This document shows, piece after piece, positions 39,301-49,113 of a stretch of 64,000 bases of DNA; position 1 is the stretch's first letter; every line of letters starts with the position of its first letter. The translations under genes and the position numbers were made by a program. Below the pieces are notes generated by a model that was given only the letters and a program-made list of their open reading frames with translations, did not search any database and was not told the origin of the DNA. Origin of the DNA: a virus; IMG/VR virus record IMGVR_UViG_3300008117_004657, positions 8,978 through 72,977 of that record. The stretch is one strand, 5' to 3'.

Positions 39301-42300
39301 TGTGACCAGAGAAGTTTTATAGTTCTCATTAAAGAAGCAGGCTTTAACTCACCATCTTCAATCTTATTTCTGTTATCAAAACTAACATCAGTATAAGTAG
39401 CTTGTACCGAATCTGAAGTAAAATTATCTACTAAAATTCCATACTTTGATCTTTCTAATCCATTTGCATCTAAAATTTTTGAGTCATTAGCATTTTTTTC
39501 CAAAGTATTTAATGAAACATAATACTCTAATCCTTTAATACGATTTTCAAAAGCGCCAATGTCTCTCATCGTAAATCTACGATTATTTTGAAAATCTGCA
39601 CGAATTTCTTTTACACTTGAAGTATATGGAGGAATATACAAAGTATAGATTAACATATCATTAACACTATGTGGAGGTGTTAATGGTTTAACAGCGGATT
39701 CTCCTTCTATTACTACCATCTCTTTCGAAGGTTTTACAACAATCTTATCGATTCTTGATAGATAATTTTGAAATGAAAGTTCTGCTGTCGTATCGGGATC
39801 AGGACAAACTGCGCCTGTGATGTTATCTCCAGCTATTTCTCTTGAAGGTCTAAAGTCAAAAGACGCTCTATTTGAAATAACTTTACCTCCAGATTTGTCT
39901 ACAAATTTTGATATGGTATCATATGTAATATTTGAAGCTCCACCCAAATAAGAATCTACTGTAAATAGTCCAATATTTTGTGGTGAAGGCGCCTGGCTAT
40001 GTCTAAAATATTTGTACATGATATAGATTGAACCACCTACAGGAGAACTGAATCCTCTTTTTAATTTTATCGATGAATGATCGTAGTGTGTTCTTTTTTG
40101 ACCATTGTCGAGTTCATATCTGTTCGTAATGTCGTATGTTGGATCGGTCAACATAGCAGTTGTGATATTACCGGTTGTAGTTCTAGAATCTATAATTTTA
40201 ACTATTTCATATACATCAGGAACTTGTAAACTGACAGGAACTCCTGGAGTTTTTAACATTCTCACTTTACCATCACTACCTGAAGATTCATTATCAAAAT
40301 ACGTAACGCCTAAGTCAGGGAAAACATATCCTCCAGAAATTGGTGTTACTGTTCCCGTATTAGCTGAAGTTAATCCTGTGGTGGTGTCAATAGTATAAGC
40401 AACTTTTTCATGTTTGTCATCTAAAAGTGGATATAATGTTTTTACTCTAACTGCTCCGTTAGTTCCATCTTCCGCATTATTAACTTTTGTTGTAACTAAG
40501 AAATCGGCTCGAACACCAGCAGTGTTAAAATCAATCTCAAGTGTTGAGTCATTAATAGCCGTTACAGTGAACAAATTATTAGCTAAACTCAAAACTGTAT
40601 TTGGAGTTATACCCGAAGAACCATTTGAAGCAGAATCGTGTCGAATAAAACAAATAATATTATTTAAAATTGTATTGTCCGAAAGTGTTCCTGGAGAACC
40701 AGCAAATGGAAAAGTGTCAGTGCCAACAGTTGCTAAAGTAACAATACCGCCAGCGTTAGAAACTTTATTTGAATAAACCTTTCTTGCTATAAAATCAAAA
40801 TTAGTAATTGTATTCGCTTTGATCGCGTCAAAAGGAACATCAAAAATTAAACCTTGTCTGTTAGGTTCCGTTATTAACGCATTACCATTATTATCTTTTG
40901 ATCTAGAATGTATATTTGCACCAAATACTTTTGCGGACGAATTTCTTAGGATAACAGATTCCGCAGATTTAAAATCAGAATCGATTGAGAAGGTATTCGA
41001 TGAGGGAGTAAAAGGTAAAGCAGAAGAAAGCCAAATTGCTTTGTATGCTCCATCTGAACCTTCAATTTTTATTGGAGCTAAATTTAATCCTGCACCATCT
41101 TTAACACTAAAATAAAGACCAGAATAACTATTTGCTGGCAATTGAGCAAAAGAAGATGGTAAAACAACGTATCTTGTATTTGATCCTGAAGAAGCTAAAG
41201 TTCCTGTAATTGATGATGAATTGGCATCAAAAACATTCATAGTAAAAATATGGGTAGTGCCATTATCCGATGCAGCTGAAGCAGTATCATACTTCAACAT
41301 GTGAGCTCTCAGTGATCCTATCTTTGATGAATTATATTCTGCGGTTGTTGAAAGGACTACGTTTGCATGATCTGTACAGTGTACATCCAATACGCTAAAA
41401 TCAGATATGGTTAAAGTACCATGAACATTCGCAACATGAACATAACTTGAATAATTTGTGGGTAAATCGTAATCATTAATGTTAGCCGTTTGTCTACCTC
41501 TTGCTATCTGCAATTTTGTTGGCGATATAGTTTGAACCTCATAACCTCCAACATAAGCTTTTCCTGGATCTAAAACAGCAGTTAAATAATCCGGATCAAC
41601 ATAATTATTATTTGCTGTATCAACATATTCTTCTTCTAAAGATAACACAAAAGGATCAACAGTATAGTTACCAGATTCATCAAAAGTTCTTCTAGCCAAA
41701 GTTTTTTCTATTTCACTATAAACGGGATAATCAATCTCTTTTGTTTTTACACCATCAACAATTCGAATAACTTCAAAGAAAGAAGATTCGTCAGCCGAAT
41801 CCAGTGTTCTTTTACTTAATATAGTATTAATTTTGTATCTGTTAGCGCCTGGTGCTTGATAGTTAAAAGATCCTTGTGCGGGGTCTAACAGAGTTACATC
41901 ATCAATTTCATCAATAATTAATTCTTCAAATTCAATACCAATTCTATATGATGGTTGTTTATTAATTGTTGAAGTATTTAACCCGAGTCTATAGTAAAGT
42001 TCTAAAACTAAAAATTGGGGAACAACTTTTACAAATTGGCCTTTAAAATAATATACACCTTCTTGAATACTCGCTACATATGATCTTCCGGTTGCATTTG
42101 TGTCTGCAAGTTCAGCAAAAATATTTTGTCCATATATTTTTAATTCATCACCTTCTTCAAAAAAGTCTCCACTCAAATATTTTAATATTAATATAGGATT
42201 AGCTGAAGAATTATCAATAGCAATAACTTTAGCTCTAGCTGTTTTTGTAGAATTGTATGATATAATAGTTTTATTTAAAAAATCTTCTAATACGATATCC

Positions 42301-42551
42301 TGTCCACTATATTGTGGTTTTAGAACTGTATAATACGCTCTATCATCTAAAGATATTTTACCACCGACTATTGGACTACCACTTTTAAAAATGTGATTGC
42401 CAAACTTTTCGATCTGATTCGACAAAATAGTTTGCAGCTGCGTAAGTTCTCTCGCCTGTAAAGAATATCCTGGGCGAAACAAAACTCTCATGAAGTTTTT
42501 ATCTTCATCAAAATCGTCAAAATATGGATCGAAATTAAAAAGCTTAGTCAT
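36348..42551 (-). CDS. Large virion structural protein (DUF4815 family)
   Basis: PYFDDFDEDKNFMRVLFRPG…QARELTQLQ, LARRTFDESGNY, GKAYVGGY, DPLAQTF and PRIKDLRIIAL. Confidence 0.88.
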   Translation of the reverse strand: MTKLFNFDPYFDDFDEDKNFMRVLFRPGYSLQARELTQLQTILSNQIEKFGNHIFKSGSPIVGGKISLDDRAYYTVLKPQYSGQDIVLEDFLNKTIISYNSTKTARAKVIAIDNSSANPILILKYLSGDFFEEGDELKIYGQNIFAELADTNATGRSYVASIQEGVYYFKGQFVKVVPQFLVLELYYRLGLNTSTINKQPSYRIGIEFEELIIDEIDDVTLLDPAQGSFNYQAPGANRYKINTILSKRTLDSADESSFFEVIRIVDGVKTKEIDYPVYSEIEKTLARRTFDESGNYTVDPFVLSLEEEYVDTANNNYVDPDYLTAVLDPGKAYVGGYEVQTISPTKLQIARGRQTANINDYDLPTNYSSYVHVANVHGTLTISDFSVLDVHCTDHANVVLSTTAEYNSSKIGSLRAHMLKYDTASAASDNGTTHIFTMNVFDANSSSITGTLASSGSNTRYVVLPSSFAQLPANSYSGLYFSVKDGAGLNLAPIKIEGSDGAYKAIWLSSALPFTPSSNTFSIDSDFKSAESVILRNSSAKVFGANIHSRSKDNNGNALITEPNRQGLIFDVPFDAIKANTITNFDFIARKVYSNKVSNAGGIVTLATVGTDTFPFAGSPGTLSDNTILNNIICFIRHDSASNGSSGITPNTVLSLANNLFTVTAINDSTLEIDFNTAGVRADFLVTTKVNNAEDGTNGAVRVKTLYPLLDDKHEKVAYTIDTTTGLTSANTGTVTPISGGYVFPDLGVTYFDNESSGSDGKVRMLKTPGVPVSLQVPDVYEIVKIIDSRTTTGNITTAMLTDPTYDITNRYELDNGQKRTHYDHSSIKLKRGFSSPVGGSIYIMYKYFRHSQAPSPQNIGLFTVDSYLGGASNITYDTISKFVDKSGGKVISNRASFDFRPSREIAGDNITGAVCPDPDTTAELSFQNYLSRIDKIVVKPSKEMVVIEGESAVKPLTPPHSVNDMLIYTLYIPPYTSSVKEIRADFQNNRRFTMRDIGAFENRIKGLEYYVSLNTLEKNANDSKILDANGLERSKYGILVDNFTSDSVQATYTDVSFDNRNKIEDGELKPASLMRTIKLLWSQSGSAGSYKIMGTNTQKSLIMDYTSSVFASQPYATKTIPVASALYGNFNGNLRLFPEFTSDHDTSVTSKITLNSVQGLENAFNFINEAFDFISDKNPTWLSDKDSPFAKVPDSSWFETVKTQTNATVDLGNNTFGNLQTTTDQVFVKKGTTLSAESIDVTSSKVDLGSYITDIAVNPYLKPRGIVFAGSSLRPKTRFYSFFDDVLVDNYTIVPNKLTISGTNPFKSGEMVLIANTNGEIATQLANFAADSGVYHLGVCAASESGSSNVSIVNETFPLSLAGKYIIGLDSSTTKVISTVVDHRCGMTRGITSSTITLAPDAPSVNIAGNNVTLVRKSDEASGTGSKYTIIAYNTTTKVATVSETIPSTQQGKIFSYSIGTNFTNSKGQIGGIFYPPVATFRSGERKYRLTESFNNSYDRDAISFAEKTFVSSGITTTKTSLVDTVYNVGTSTKIVGTVTSPILQSTAVSSRITSTWRVDPLAQTFYVDEQTYPHGLYMESVNLFFSAVDDEGLPVRVQIRPTVNGTPSFDYWYPESVVEKFPNEITTTSTPSIDVEASKTKFTFDSPVFLKPGLYALVILTDSPDYVVWTAEKGQTTLNNQIVSVNPYVGTLYKSQNAMEYVPYLNEDLMFEFNRCKFSTSTATFALQSEKQDSVKYIDRFRLLEKSITSQSESPISLKYSFISKVAGGSKETIYRSITPYTIYNMADDTQYAIGNRRKQILDKNDFTVKLEMSTNDDSVTPLVSLESLQLNCWENFIDNGEIDNEDFNIISKGAGYSNSNTIIITSSTGEGALVYMSCDGVNGNVLSANVVSSGIGYTDDFTISYPDTGNTPNVTSNAAITLNSEFDSSGGPCLARYITKPIVLTDGFDAGDMRVFLAANKPVGTEIHVFYKILSGSDTTNFKDRPYGKFECLNPTVAASINENEFREYEYRPSLTEDQVTYISDAGVTYDTFKTFAIKIVMTSQDPSVIPRIKDLRIIALPAG

Positions 42552-42564
42552 TTATTCCTCTTTA

Positions 42565-43902
42565 TCAGAAACTTAAAATAAATCTAATTCTATCTGTTTG
42601 GTCTGGATCTCTTATAACCGGAACTTTATCCGATACAAATAAAACTTTACCAGAATATAACTCTAAAGTTGGAGGAGTAGTATTAATACCTACTCTAATT
42701 GCTCCACTAGTTAAACCTTTTATCGGTTGATTGGGATTAAAAGTGCCATTGAAATTATTAACATAGATTATATTAGTGCCTTCATCAAAAGATATAACTT
42801 CGGCACTAAATGTGGAATTTTCTAAATTCTCACCCTGTATAACAATTTCATCATTATTGTAATCTCCAACACCTGGAGAAACTGTAATCTTTGTATATAG
42901 TGTGTATAAATCGGCAGATGCTAAAGTTTCAGTGTCTCGTACATAAGGGTTATACACCAAAGAAACTTCCCTATATTCATTTTCTGCTGGAAAAACACCA
43001 TTTACACTACCCTCAAAATCTACATTAAATATAACAGTATTCGCATATAATTCTTCTACAGGATCATATCCATGTCCATTTTGCGGTGACAAAACAACAT
43101 TGGCTGAAGCTCCTGTTCCGATTCCTCCAGAAATGTCAGTAAAAATTAAATTGGCTTTTGTGTAGTCTTGGCCTCTGTTCTGAATAACAATATTCACAAC
43201 ATTTCCATCAACAACATTCGCTTTTAAAACAGCATTTCTTCCATCACCTTCGATTGTTATAATATTTTGTGTAGGTCCATCCACATAATTATTTCCCGCA
43301 TTAGTAATTCTTACAATATCAATACTTCTATTAATTGCGGCTGATCTAACGAATCTATTAAACGTAACTGGCATCCACTCATCATTTAAAAACTTTTGTC
43401 TTTGATTTGAACTTAAAGTATATAAGTATTTCCACTTGTAACCGTCAGAAGTTATAAAGAAAGGTTCTTCCAATGAAGTAGCTGAAAGAAATAGTTCAGG
43501 TTCATCGGTAGATGGTGAATTATTATTGTTATCTAAACATTTAAAAACCTGTCCTTTGGAATTTAAAATATAAAATGGAGTTCCTATTGGACAAACTGTG
43601 CATCCGTATCTCGAATATGTGGTGCCACTTGTCCAATCATATCTTGGCACAACAAAAGACACATTTTCTAAAGAAACTCTTTTAGCTACTATGGCTCTAT
43701 CGTTATAAGCAATTAGGTCTCTGGTTGATTGTCCAGGAGTTGGAGGAGTGTCAGATATACCCCAAGGAGTCTGTTTTCCTATAGTCGCAAAAACATAAGA
43801 CCTTCTATTCAAAGGAAGGTAAGAATTAGCACCAACATCCAATAAATTTATGAATTGTTGAGCAATTAAAGTAGAAAAATTAGTTGTTATAATTGTTGAC
43901 AT
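42565..43902 (-). CDS. gp8: Baseplate wedge subunit gp8-like
   Basis: VVPRYDWTSGTTY, VFKCLDNNN, DGYKWKYLY and SPQNGHG. Synteny gp6-gp7-gp8. Confidence 0.85.
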   Translation of the reverse strand: MSTIITTNFSTLIAQQFINLLDVGANSYLPLNRRSYVFATIGKQTPWGISDTPPTPGQSTRDLIAYNDRAIVAKRVSLENVSFVVPRYDWTSGTTYSRYGCTVCPIGTPFYILNSKGQVFKCLDNNNNSPSTDEPELFLSATSLEEPFFITSDGYKWKYLYTLSSNQRQKFLNDEWMPVTFNRFVRSAAINRSIDIVRITNAGNNYVDGPTQNIITIEGDGRNAVLKANVVDGNVVNIVIQNRGQDYTKANLIFTDISGGIGTGASANVVLSPQNGHGYDPVEELYANTVIFNVDFEGSVNGVFPAENEYREVSLVYNPYVRDTETLASADLYTLYTKITVSPGVGDYNNDEIVIQGENLENSTFSAEVISFDEGTNIIYVNNFNGTFNPNQPIKGLTSGAIRVGINTTPPTLELYSGKVLFVSDKVPVIRDPDQTDRIRFILSF

Positions 43903-43910
43903 AGACTTAT

Positions 43911-46703
43911 TTATCTCACTTTTTGAACGATAATTGAAACAAAATTATTTGTTGAGGTAACATTTGTATCAACTAAAATTGTGTTTGCGTTTGCAAAAGA
44001 AACATTTTTGGTTTCATCAAAAACCACATTTATTGTCGAGTCGGTGGAAGAAACATTTAAAACACTAGTTGCATAAATGGTATTTGCGTTAATAACAGTT
44101 TTTACAACAACAGTATTTCCTGAAGAAAGATATATGGTTTGTCCATCGACTAAATCATTTATAAAGTTGGTTCCATTACCAGTAATTACATTTGAACTAC
44201 TGGTTATATTTGCAGTACCAACAATAGTTTTAAACACATTTTTCAGTACTATAAAATCACCAATTGAAACCTGAGAAGAAACATTAGGTGTTAAACTTGT
44301 AGAAACAATATTATTAGATCCATTACTTACATTAAATGTATTTGAGTGATACTCTTGTGTTAAATATATTATAGATGCATTTTGATTAAATACGTCTTTG
44401 GTGTGGGTATCAATACGTGTTACAAAAGATTTTGTTCCTGTTGGATGTGCAACTTCTTGTAAAGTTTTCTTAAATTTATAGTAATCGTTTGTTGTATTAA
44501 TCACATAAGAGTAATTATGGTATTTTTTATCATCTTGTAACTTCTGATCAGAACTTGGTTGCCCATCATTGTTTAAATAAATTCCAGGATAACGTATTAG
44601 ACCGTTTTCAAAAACAGCTGTTGCTTTTGCTCTACCATCACCATAAGCCGAATATGTGATAACATTTCCAGTGACCAAATCGTCATCAGACTTAATAGGA
44701 AGGGCACTATCAAAAGTGCCTTTGTAATTATAAATTCTTAAGAAATTATTTGATGTGATATACTTGTCAACAAAAGCTGTCCAAGTCGCTGTTGTATTAG
44801 TTGCTCCTTGATATACTTTACTATTAGCGATATAAATTTGACCTTCGGTTACATTATTCAATAAAATATCAGCATTTCTTAAAGAAATTAATGGAGCTGA
44901 AACATAATCATACCCGTAACTTATAACTCTTATTGTTGAAATAGATCCAATTCTCGAAGTCGAAACATCTTTTTGAACACCCTCACCTAAAATTTCCGTA
45001 ACTTTTAATATTGCTCCTGAACCAGAAGTGGTGCTAACATTTACTGTTGGCAAATCTTGCATCGTGTAACCTTCACCACCTCTAATATAAGAAGAAGATT
45101 CATTAAAAGTTATTGTCTTGATTCCGTTGTTACCAGCGTGTACAGAAGAAACATTAGCGTTAGCTCCATAACCTCGACCATTACTACTAAATGTTAAATA
45201 TTCTCCTACAGCATAACCACTTCCACCATTGACTATTTGAATTCTTCCTAAAGAACCCACATCATTTAATTTTCTTCTATTAATTTTATATACTGATAAG
45301 TTGTCAATATTATTTTGAAAAGGTTCTAAGAAAGTAATAGTATTTGATGAAACATTTGCAATTTTTCTAACATCTTCAAATCTATTTTTCAAAAATAATC
45401 TAACAGATTCACCTGGCTCAAACGATAATGTTAAGTCTTGAGACTCGTCCATCAAAATGTTGGTGTCTTTTACAGCAACAGTTGAATTTATTATTAAAGT
45501 ATCATCAAGTTCTTCCATATATAAACTGTAAATATCAATTTCAGGTTTACTTCTATAACCTCCACCAGAAGAATCTACAGTTATAAAAGATATTGGAAAA
45601 ACATTTAATGTTTGTTTTGTAGTTAATTCATTTAATGTTTTATTATTAGCTACATTATCAGTCGCATTAATAGTTAAAGAAAATAAAGATTCTATTGTTA
45701 TATTACTTACATTTATTGTTCTATAAGTTGCTTCATCTAATAAAAGTATTCTAGCTTTAGCTTCAGCACCTAATAGTACATCTTCAAAACCGCCTCTAAA
45801 GTCTATTATTGAAGAATTTGTATTAACAGAAGGATTTCTAAAACCAAAACCTCCATTCGTTACTAAAACATCTTCAACTGAACCCTTCAAAACACTACCA
45901 ACAGTGGCTACAGCGCCAATAGGATTACCCGATGTGGGATTTAGACCACCGATAATTGTAACGGGGTCGCCATCATAGTCCAATTCTGGATCGTAAGCAT
46001 TATAGTATAAACCTCTATTTTTAGGATCAATCTTAATTTCAGAAAGAGATCCAATTAGTTTAGCTGTGACAAAATCTTCTGTGCCATTGGTTCTAACTAC
46101 AGTGGTAGATACATTTTCACCCGTAGTAAACAATTTATCAATATTCGAAATATAAAGTTCGATATATTCAATACCAAGTTGTCTGTCTACAGATTTTATT
46201 ACCTTTTCAACTATAGCTGTAGCTTTGGAATTATTTCCCGTTATTTTACATCGTTCTATGTCGAAAATATTCGTATCACCAGTTTCAACTCTTAAAGATA
46301 ATGGTAAAACCCATTTACCATCGGAAGATTTTATTACCTGTTCTTTAGGAAAATAAATCTCTATTTCTTCGTTATATAAAATTCTAAAAAGAAATTTTAC
46401 AGCTTCTGGAGTTCCTTTTGATCTATAAAAACTACCAACATGTTTTATAAAAGTCGATTTGTCTAATAATATTTCTTTTGGAAAGTAAGGTAAAACTTCT
46501 TTTATTATTTCGTTAAGATAATAGTCATCTACTAAATCTATATCTTTCGAATCATATAAAGTTTTAACTTCATACAAAGCATTATTACTGCTTTCCAACC
46601 ACTCATAGTATTTTTCTAAAAACAATACAAATTTTGGGTTATCGGATCTTATAAAATCGGGCAACTGGCCCGAAACTAAGTTTGAAACAATTAATTCTGA
46701 CAT
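43911..46703 (-). CDS. Baseplate wedge subunit, gp7-like
   Basis: QLPDFIR…FLEKYYEWLE, FYRSKGT, SDGKW, YSYVI and HPTG. Lies between gp6 and gp8. Confidence 0.75.
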   Translation of the reverse strand: MSELIVSNLVSGQLPDFIRSDNPKFVLFLEKYYEWLESSNNALYEVKTLYDSKDIDLVDDYYLNEIIKEVLPYFPKEILLDKSTFIKHVGSFYRSKGTPEAVKFLFRILYNEEIEIYFPKEQVIKSSDGKWVLPLSLRVETGDTNIFDIERCKITGNNSKATAIVEKVIKSVDRQLGIEYIELYISNIDKLFTTGENVSTTVVRTNGTEDFVTAKLIGSLSEIKIDPKNRGLYYNAYDPELDYDGDPVTIIGGLNPTSGNPIGAVATVGSVLKGSVEDVLVTNGGFGFRNPSVNTNSSIIDFRGGFEDVLLGAEAKARILLLDEATYRTINVSNITIESLFSLTINATDNVANNKTLNELTTKQTLNVFPISFITVDSSGGGYRSKPEIDIYSLYMEELDDTLIINSTVAVKDTNILMDESQDLTLSFEPGESVRLFLKNRFEDVRKIANVSSNTITFLEPFQNNIDNLSVYKINRRKLNDVGSLGRIQIVNGGSGYAVGEYLTFSSNGRGYGANANVSSVHAGNNGIKTITFNESSSYIRGGEGYTMQDLPTVNVSTTSGSGAILKVTEILGEGVQKDVSTSRIGSISTIRVISYGYDYVSAPLISLRNADILLNNVTEGQIYIANSKVYQGATNTTATWTAFVDKYITSNNFLRIYNYKGTFDSALPIKSDDDLVTGNVITYSAYGDGRAKATAVFENGLIRYPGIYLNNDGQPSSDQKLQDDKKYHNYSYVINTTNDYYKFKKTLQEVAHPTGTKSFVTRIDTHTKDVFNQNASIIYLTQEYHSNTFNVSNGSNNIVSTSLTPNVSSQVSIGDFIVLKNVFKTIVGTANITSSSNVITGNGTNFINDLVDGQTIYLSSGNTVVVKTVINANTIYATSVLNVSSTDSTINVVFDETKNVSFANANTILVDTNVTSTNNFVSIIVQKVR

Positions 46704-46706
46704 TTA

Positions 46707-48701
46707 TTATACCGTCTTTAATTCAACAACAACACTTGTTGGGTCAGTTTGATCAAAAGCTAACATTTTATTTTTAATCGACTGTAGAACTGTAGATTTA
46801 GGTCTAACATTTACGGTTAACTCATCAAAGTCATTATCTATTGATAAAGGAGAAAAATCGTTTATTGTAATTTTACCTAAAACATAATCTATTGTTCCAG
46901 TAATTCCTTCATTCTTTGAAGCATTTAAAATAACTTTCGTACTTTTGCTGGTAACTTCATCAGGTTTAAAATATGCTAAACGAATTTTACCGAATCTATT
47001 TTCTAAAACAGCTTCAGCTGTAGCTCCAGTTCCACCACCACCAATAATTCTTATAGCTGCGGTAGTGTAACCGATACCGGGATTAGTTACTTTTACGGAG
47101 TTTAATTTTCCATTTATTATAATAGCCGTTGCTTTAGCTCCTCTACCATCACCAACAATTTCAATAGTAGGAGTGGTAGTATAATTTGATCCTGGAGTTA
47201 TAACTGAAATTGTTTCTACTCCAGTAAACGAAGAAGGAACTTCTTCAATAAAACAAGTTCTTTCGACAAGATTTTCGTCTAATATAGTAAATGTTGGAGA
47301 AGAATAAAAATTATCTAAAGTTGTACCTCTGGATAGTTCAACTCCAAAATCTAAAATATAAGTATTTGTTTGATTTAATCTAAGTTTTGATGAACTAAAA
47401 ATAGAATTAAATTTATTTAAATTTAAATTAGAAAAAGAATTTATAGCTGTGCTAATTTTTGATTGTAATGTTTGAGAATTTAAATCCGTTTTTGTTGGAT
47501 CATAATAAACTGTAGAAATTAATTTTACATAGTTATAATCAACGTCAACAAATTCTGGAGTAACAGTTAGAACACTTATTGGCTTAACGATTTCATTTAT
47601 AAAAAAATCTTTTTCTGTGTCAGAAACTTCAAATCCTAATTTTGGTTTAGCAGAAATAAAAACTTTACCATAAACAGGAGGAATATTTTCTTCGCCACCC
47701 CAAACATTTACGGCATCAAATTGTGGATATTTTTGTTGTATTAATTTTACATAATCATTTTTTGTAACAGCTCTATTCTGAGAAATAAACTGTAAAGGAG
47801 CAGCAAATTTAATTTGATCTACAGATTCTTTCTCTGATCCTCCTGCTGATGCTGCAACTGGAATCACCGTAAAAGTGGTGAATGAAGAAACTGGTGACGT
47901 AGCTACAAAATTATTTGCTTTGTTTGCAACAGAACCGCTGGTTGAAAGATAGGTTACATTCACAACTCCACCATCAGGTATTTTTTTACCAATAATATTA
48001 TCGCCAAAATAAATTTCGTATTGATTATTAAGGCCTTCTTGTAAAAAATAGACGTTCGAATTTGATGTTAGATTTAACACATCGGTTGCTAAACTATAAA
48101 CAACTGAGTCTGTATTAGATGATGCTTGCTGTACAGTAACTTTTAATGTTGAAGTGTCTACATTTTCGTTTGGTATAGTAAATATTTGTTTTGGATTAGA
48201 AGATTCTGAGTAATTAAAAGAATATCTGTTAAGAGTTCCTTCATATATCTTCAAATTATTAAATACAAAATTTGTTCCTGTTTTTGTTACTGTGGTATCT
48301 TCCAACGTAACAAAATTATAAACTTTATTATCGATTAGACTAGAAAGAAATACATATCCCCTAGGTAAAGTTAAACTACCTGGTGTAGAGTTTAAACTAT
48401 TAATAGTAAAATTAATCGTTGCCCTTGCAGCTGTTGCTGATCTAGGAACGTAACCAAACTTTTTAGAATGAGAGACAACAGAATTTCTAAGTAAAGCCGT
48501 ATCCAAAAAAGATTCATTTGCTATCATGTTTAGATAGTAAGCATTATAATGCGTGTTATAAGCCAAAATATCTAAAAGAACACTTAATCCGGAACCATCA
48601 AAATCATAGTCAGTAAATTCATTTTGACTTTTTAAAAAATTTTTTAAATTTGTTTTGATTTCATCAAAATCAAGTTCTGTTACTCTTAAACGATCTGTCA
48701 T
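46707..48701 (-). CDS. gp6: Baseplate wedge subunit gp6
   Basis: ELDFDEIKTNLKNFL…FTDYDFDGSGLSVLLDILAYNTHY, QNRAVTKNDY and WGGEENIPPVYGKVFIS. Confidence 0.93.
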   Translation of the reverse strand: MTDRLRVTELDFDEIKTNLKNFLKSQNEFTDYDFDGSGLSVLLDILAYNTHYNAYYLNMIANESFLDTALLRNSVVSHSKKFGYVPRSATAARATINFTINSLNSTPGSLTLPRGYVFLSSLIDNKVYNFVTLEDTTVTKTGTNFVFNNLKIYEGTLNRYSFNYSESSNPKQIFTIPNENVDTSTLKVTVQQASSNTDSVVYSLATDVLNLTSNSNVYFLQEGLNNQYEIYFGDNIIGKKIPDGGVVNVTYLSTSGSVANKANNFVATSPVSSFTTFTVIPVAASAGGSEKESVDQIKFAAPLQFISQNRAVTKNDYVKLIQQKYPQFDAVNVWGGEENIPPVYGKVFISAKPKLGFEVSDTEKDFFINEIVKPISVLTVTPEFVDVDYNYVKLISTVYYDPTKTDLNSQTLQSKISTAINSFSNLNLNKFNSIFSSSKLRLNQTNTYILDFGVELSRGTTLDNFYSSPTFTILDENLVERTCFIEEVPSSFTGVETISVITPGSNYTTTPTIEIVGDGRGAKATAIIINGKLNSVKVTNPGIGYTTAAIRIIGGGGTGATAEAVLENRFGKIRLAYFKPDEVTSKSTKVILNASKNEGITGTIDYVLGKITINDFSPLSIDNDFDELTVNVRPKSTVLQSIKNKMLAFDQTDPTSVVVELKTV

Positions 48702-49106
48702 TTATCTTACTCGATCTAGAAAAAAAGTTATTGTTATGGGTTCAGTTCTATTTACTATAGTAAATTCCATATCTACTGTAAAACCATTGTTGTCATAATC
48801 AGGTAAAGCTCTAACTCTGTAAACGGAAGCCCTAGGCTCAAAGTTTCTTATGGTTTGAAGAATTTCTCTTTCTAACGCAGAAGCCGTAACAAAATCTAAA
48901 TTTTCAAATAATAATTTCGAGACATTTGACCCTATTTCTGGTTGAAAAGGTCGTTCATAATGGTTGGTTAAAACCAAATTTTTAATAGAATTAATCACAG
49001 ACATTTCTGCTGTGTGTTTATTAATATCTTTTTTTATTGGATGAACATTAAAAAGGAGGTCTAAATCCTTATAAGTTCTTGCAACATTAGTAGTAATTGT
49101 GGCCAT
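48702..49106 (-). CDS. gp25: Baseplate wedge subunit gp25
   Basis: YKDLDL, SIKNLVLT…ERPFQPEIGS…LLFE and FEPR. Confidence 0.92.
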   Translation of the reverse strand: MATITTNVARTYKDLDLLFNVHPIKKDINKHTAEMSVINSIKNLVLTNHYERPFQPEIGSNVSKLLFENLDFVTASALEREILQTIRNFEPRASVYRVRALPDYDNNGFTVDMEFTIVNRTEPITITFFLDRVR

Positions 49107-49113
49107 CTATTAT

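Noticed and set aside
32790-44274. Many short plus-strand ORFs inside structural genes (e.g. 35109-35459, 40105-41115)
   Set aside because: They lie wholly antisense to well-supported genes, as expected from codon bias, and show no motifs or ribosome-binding sites.
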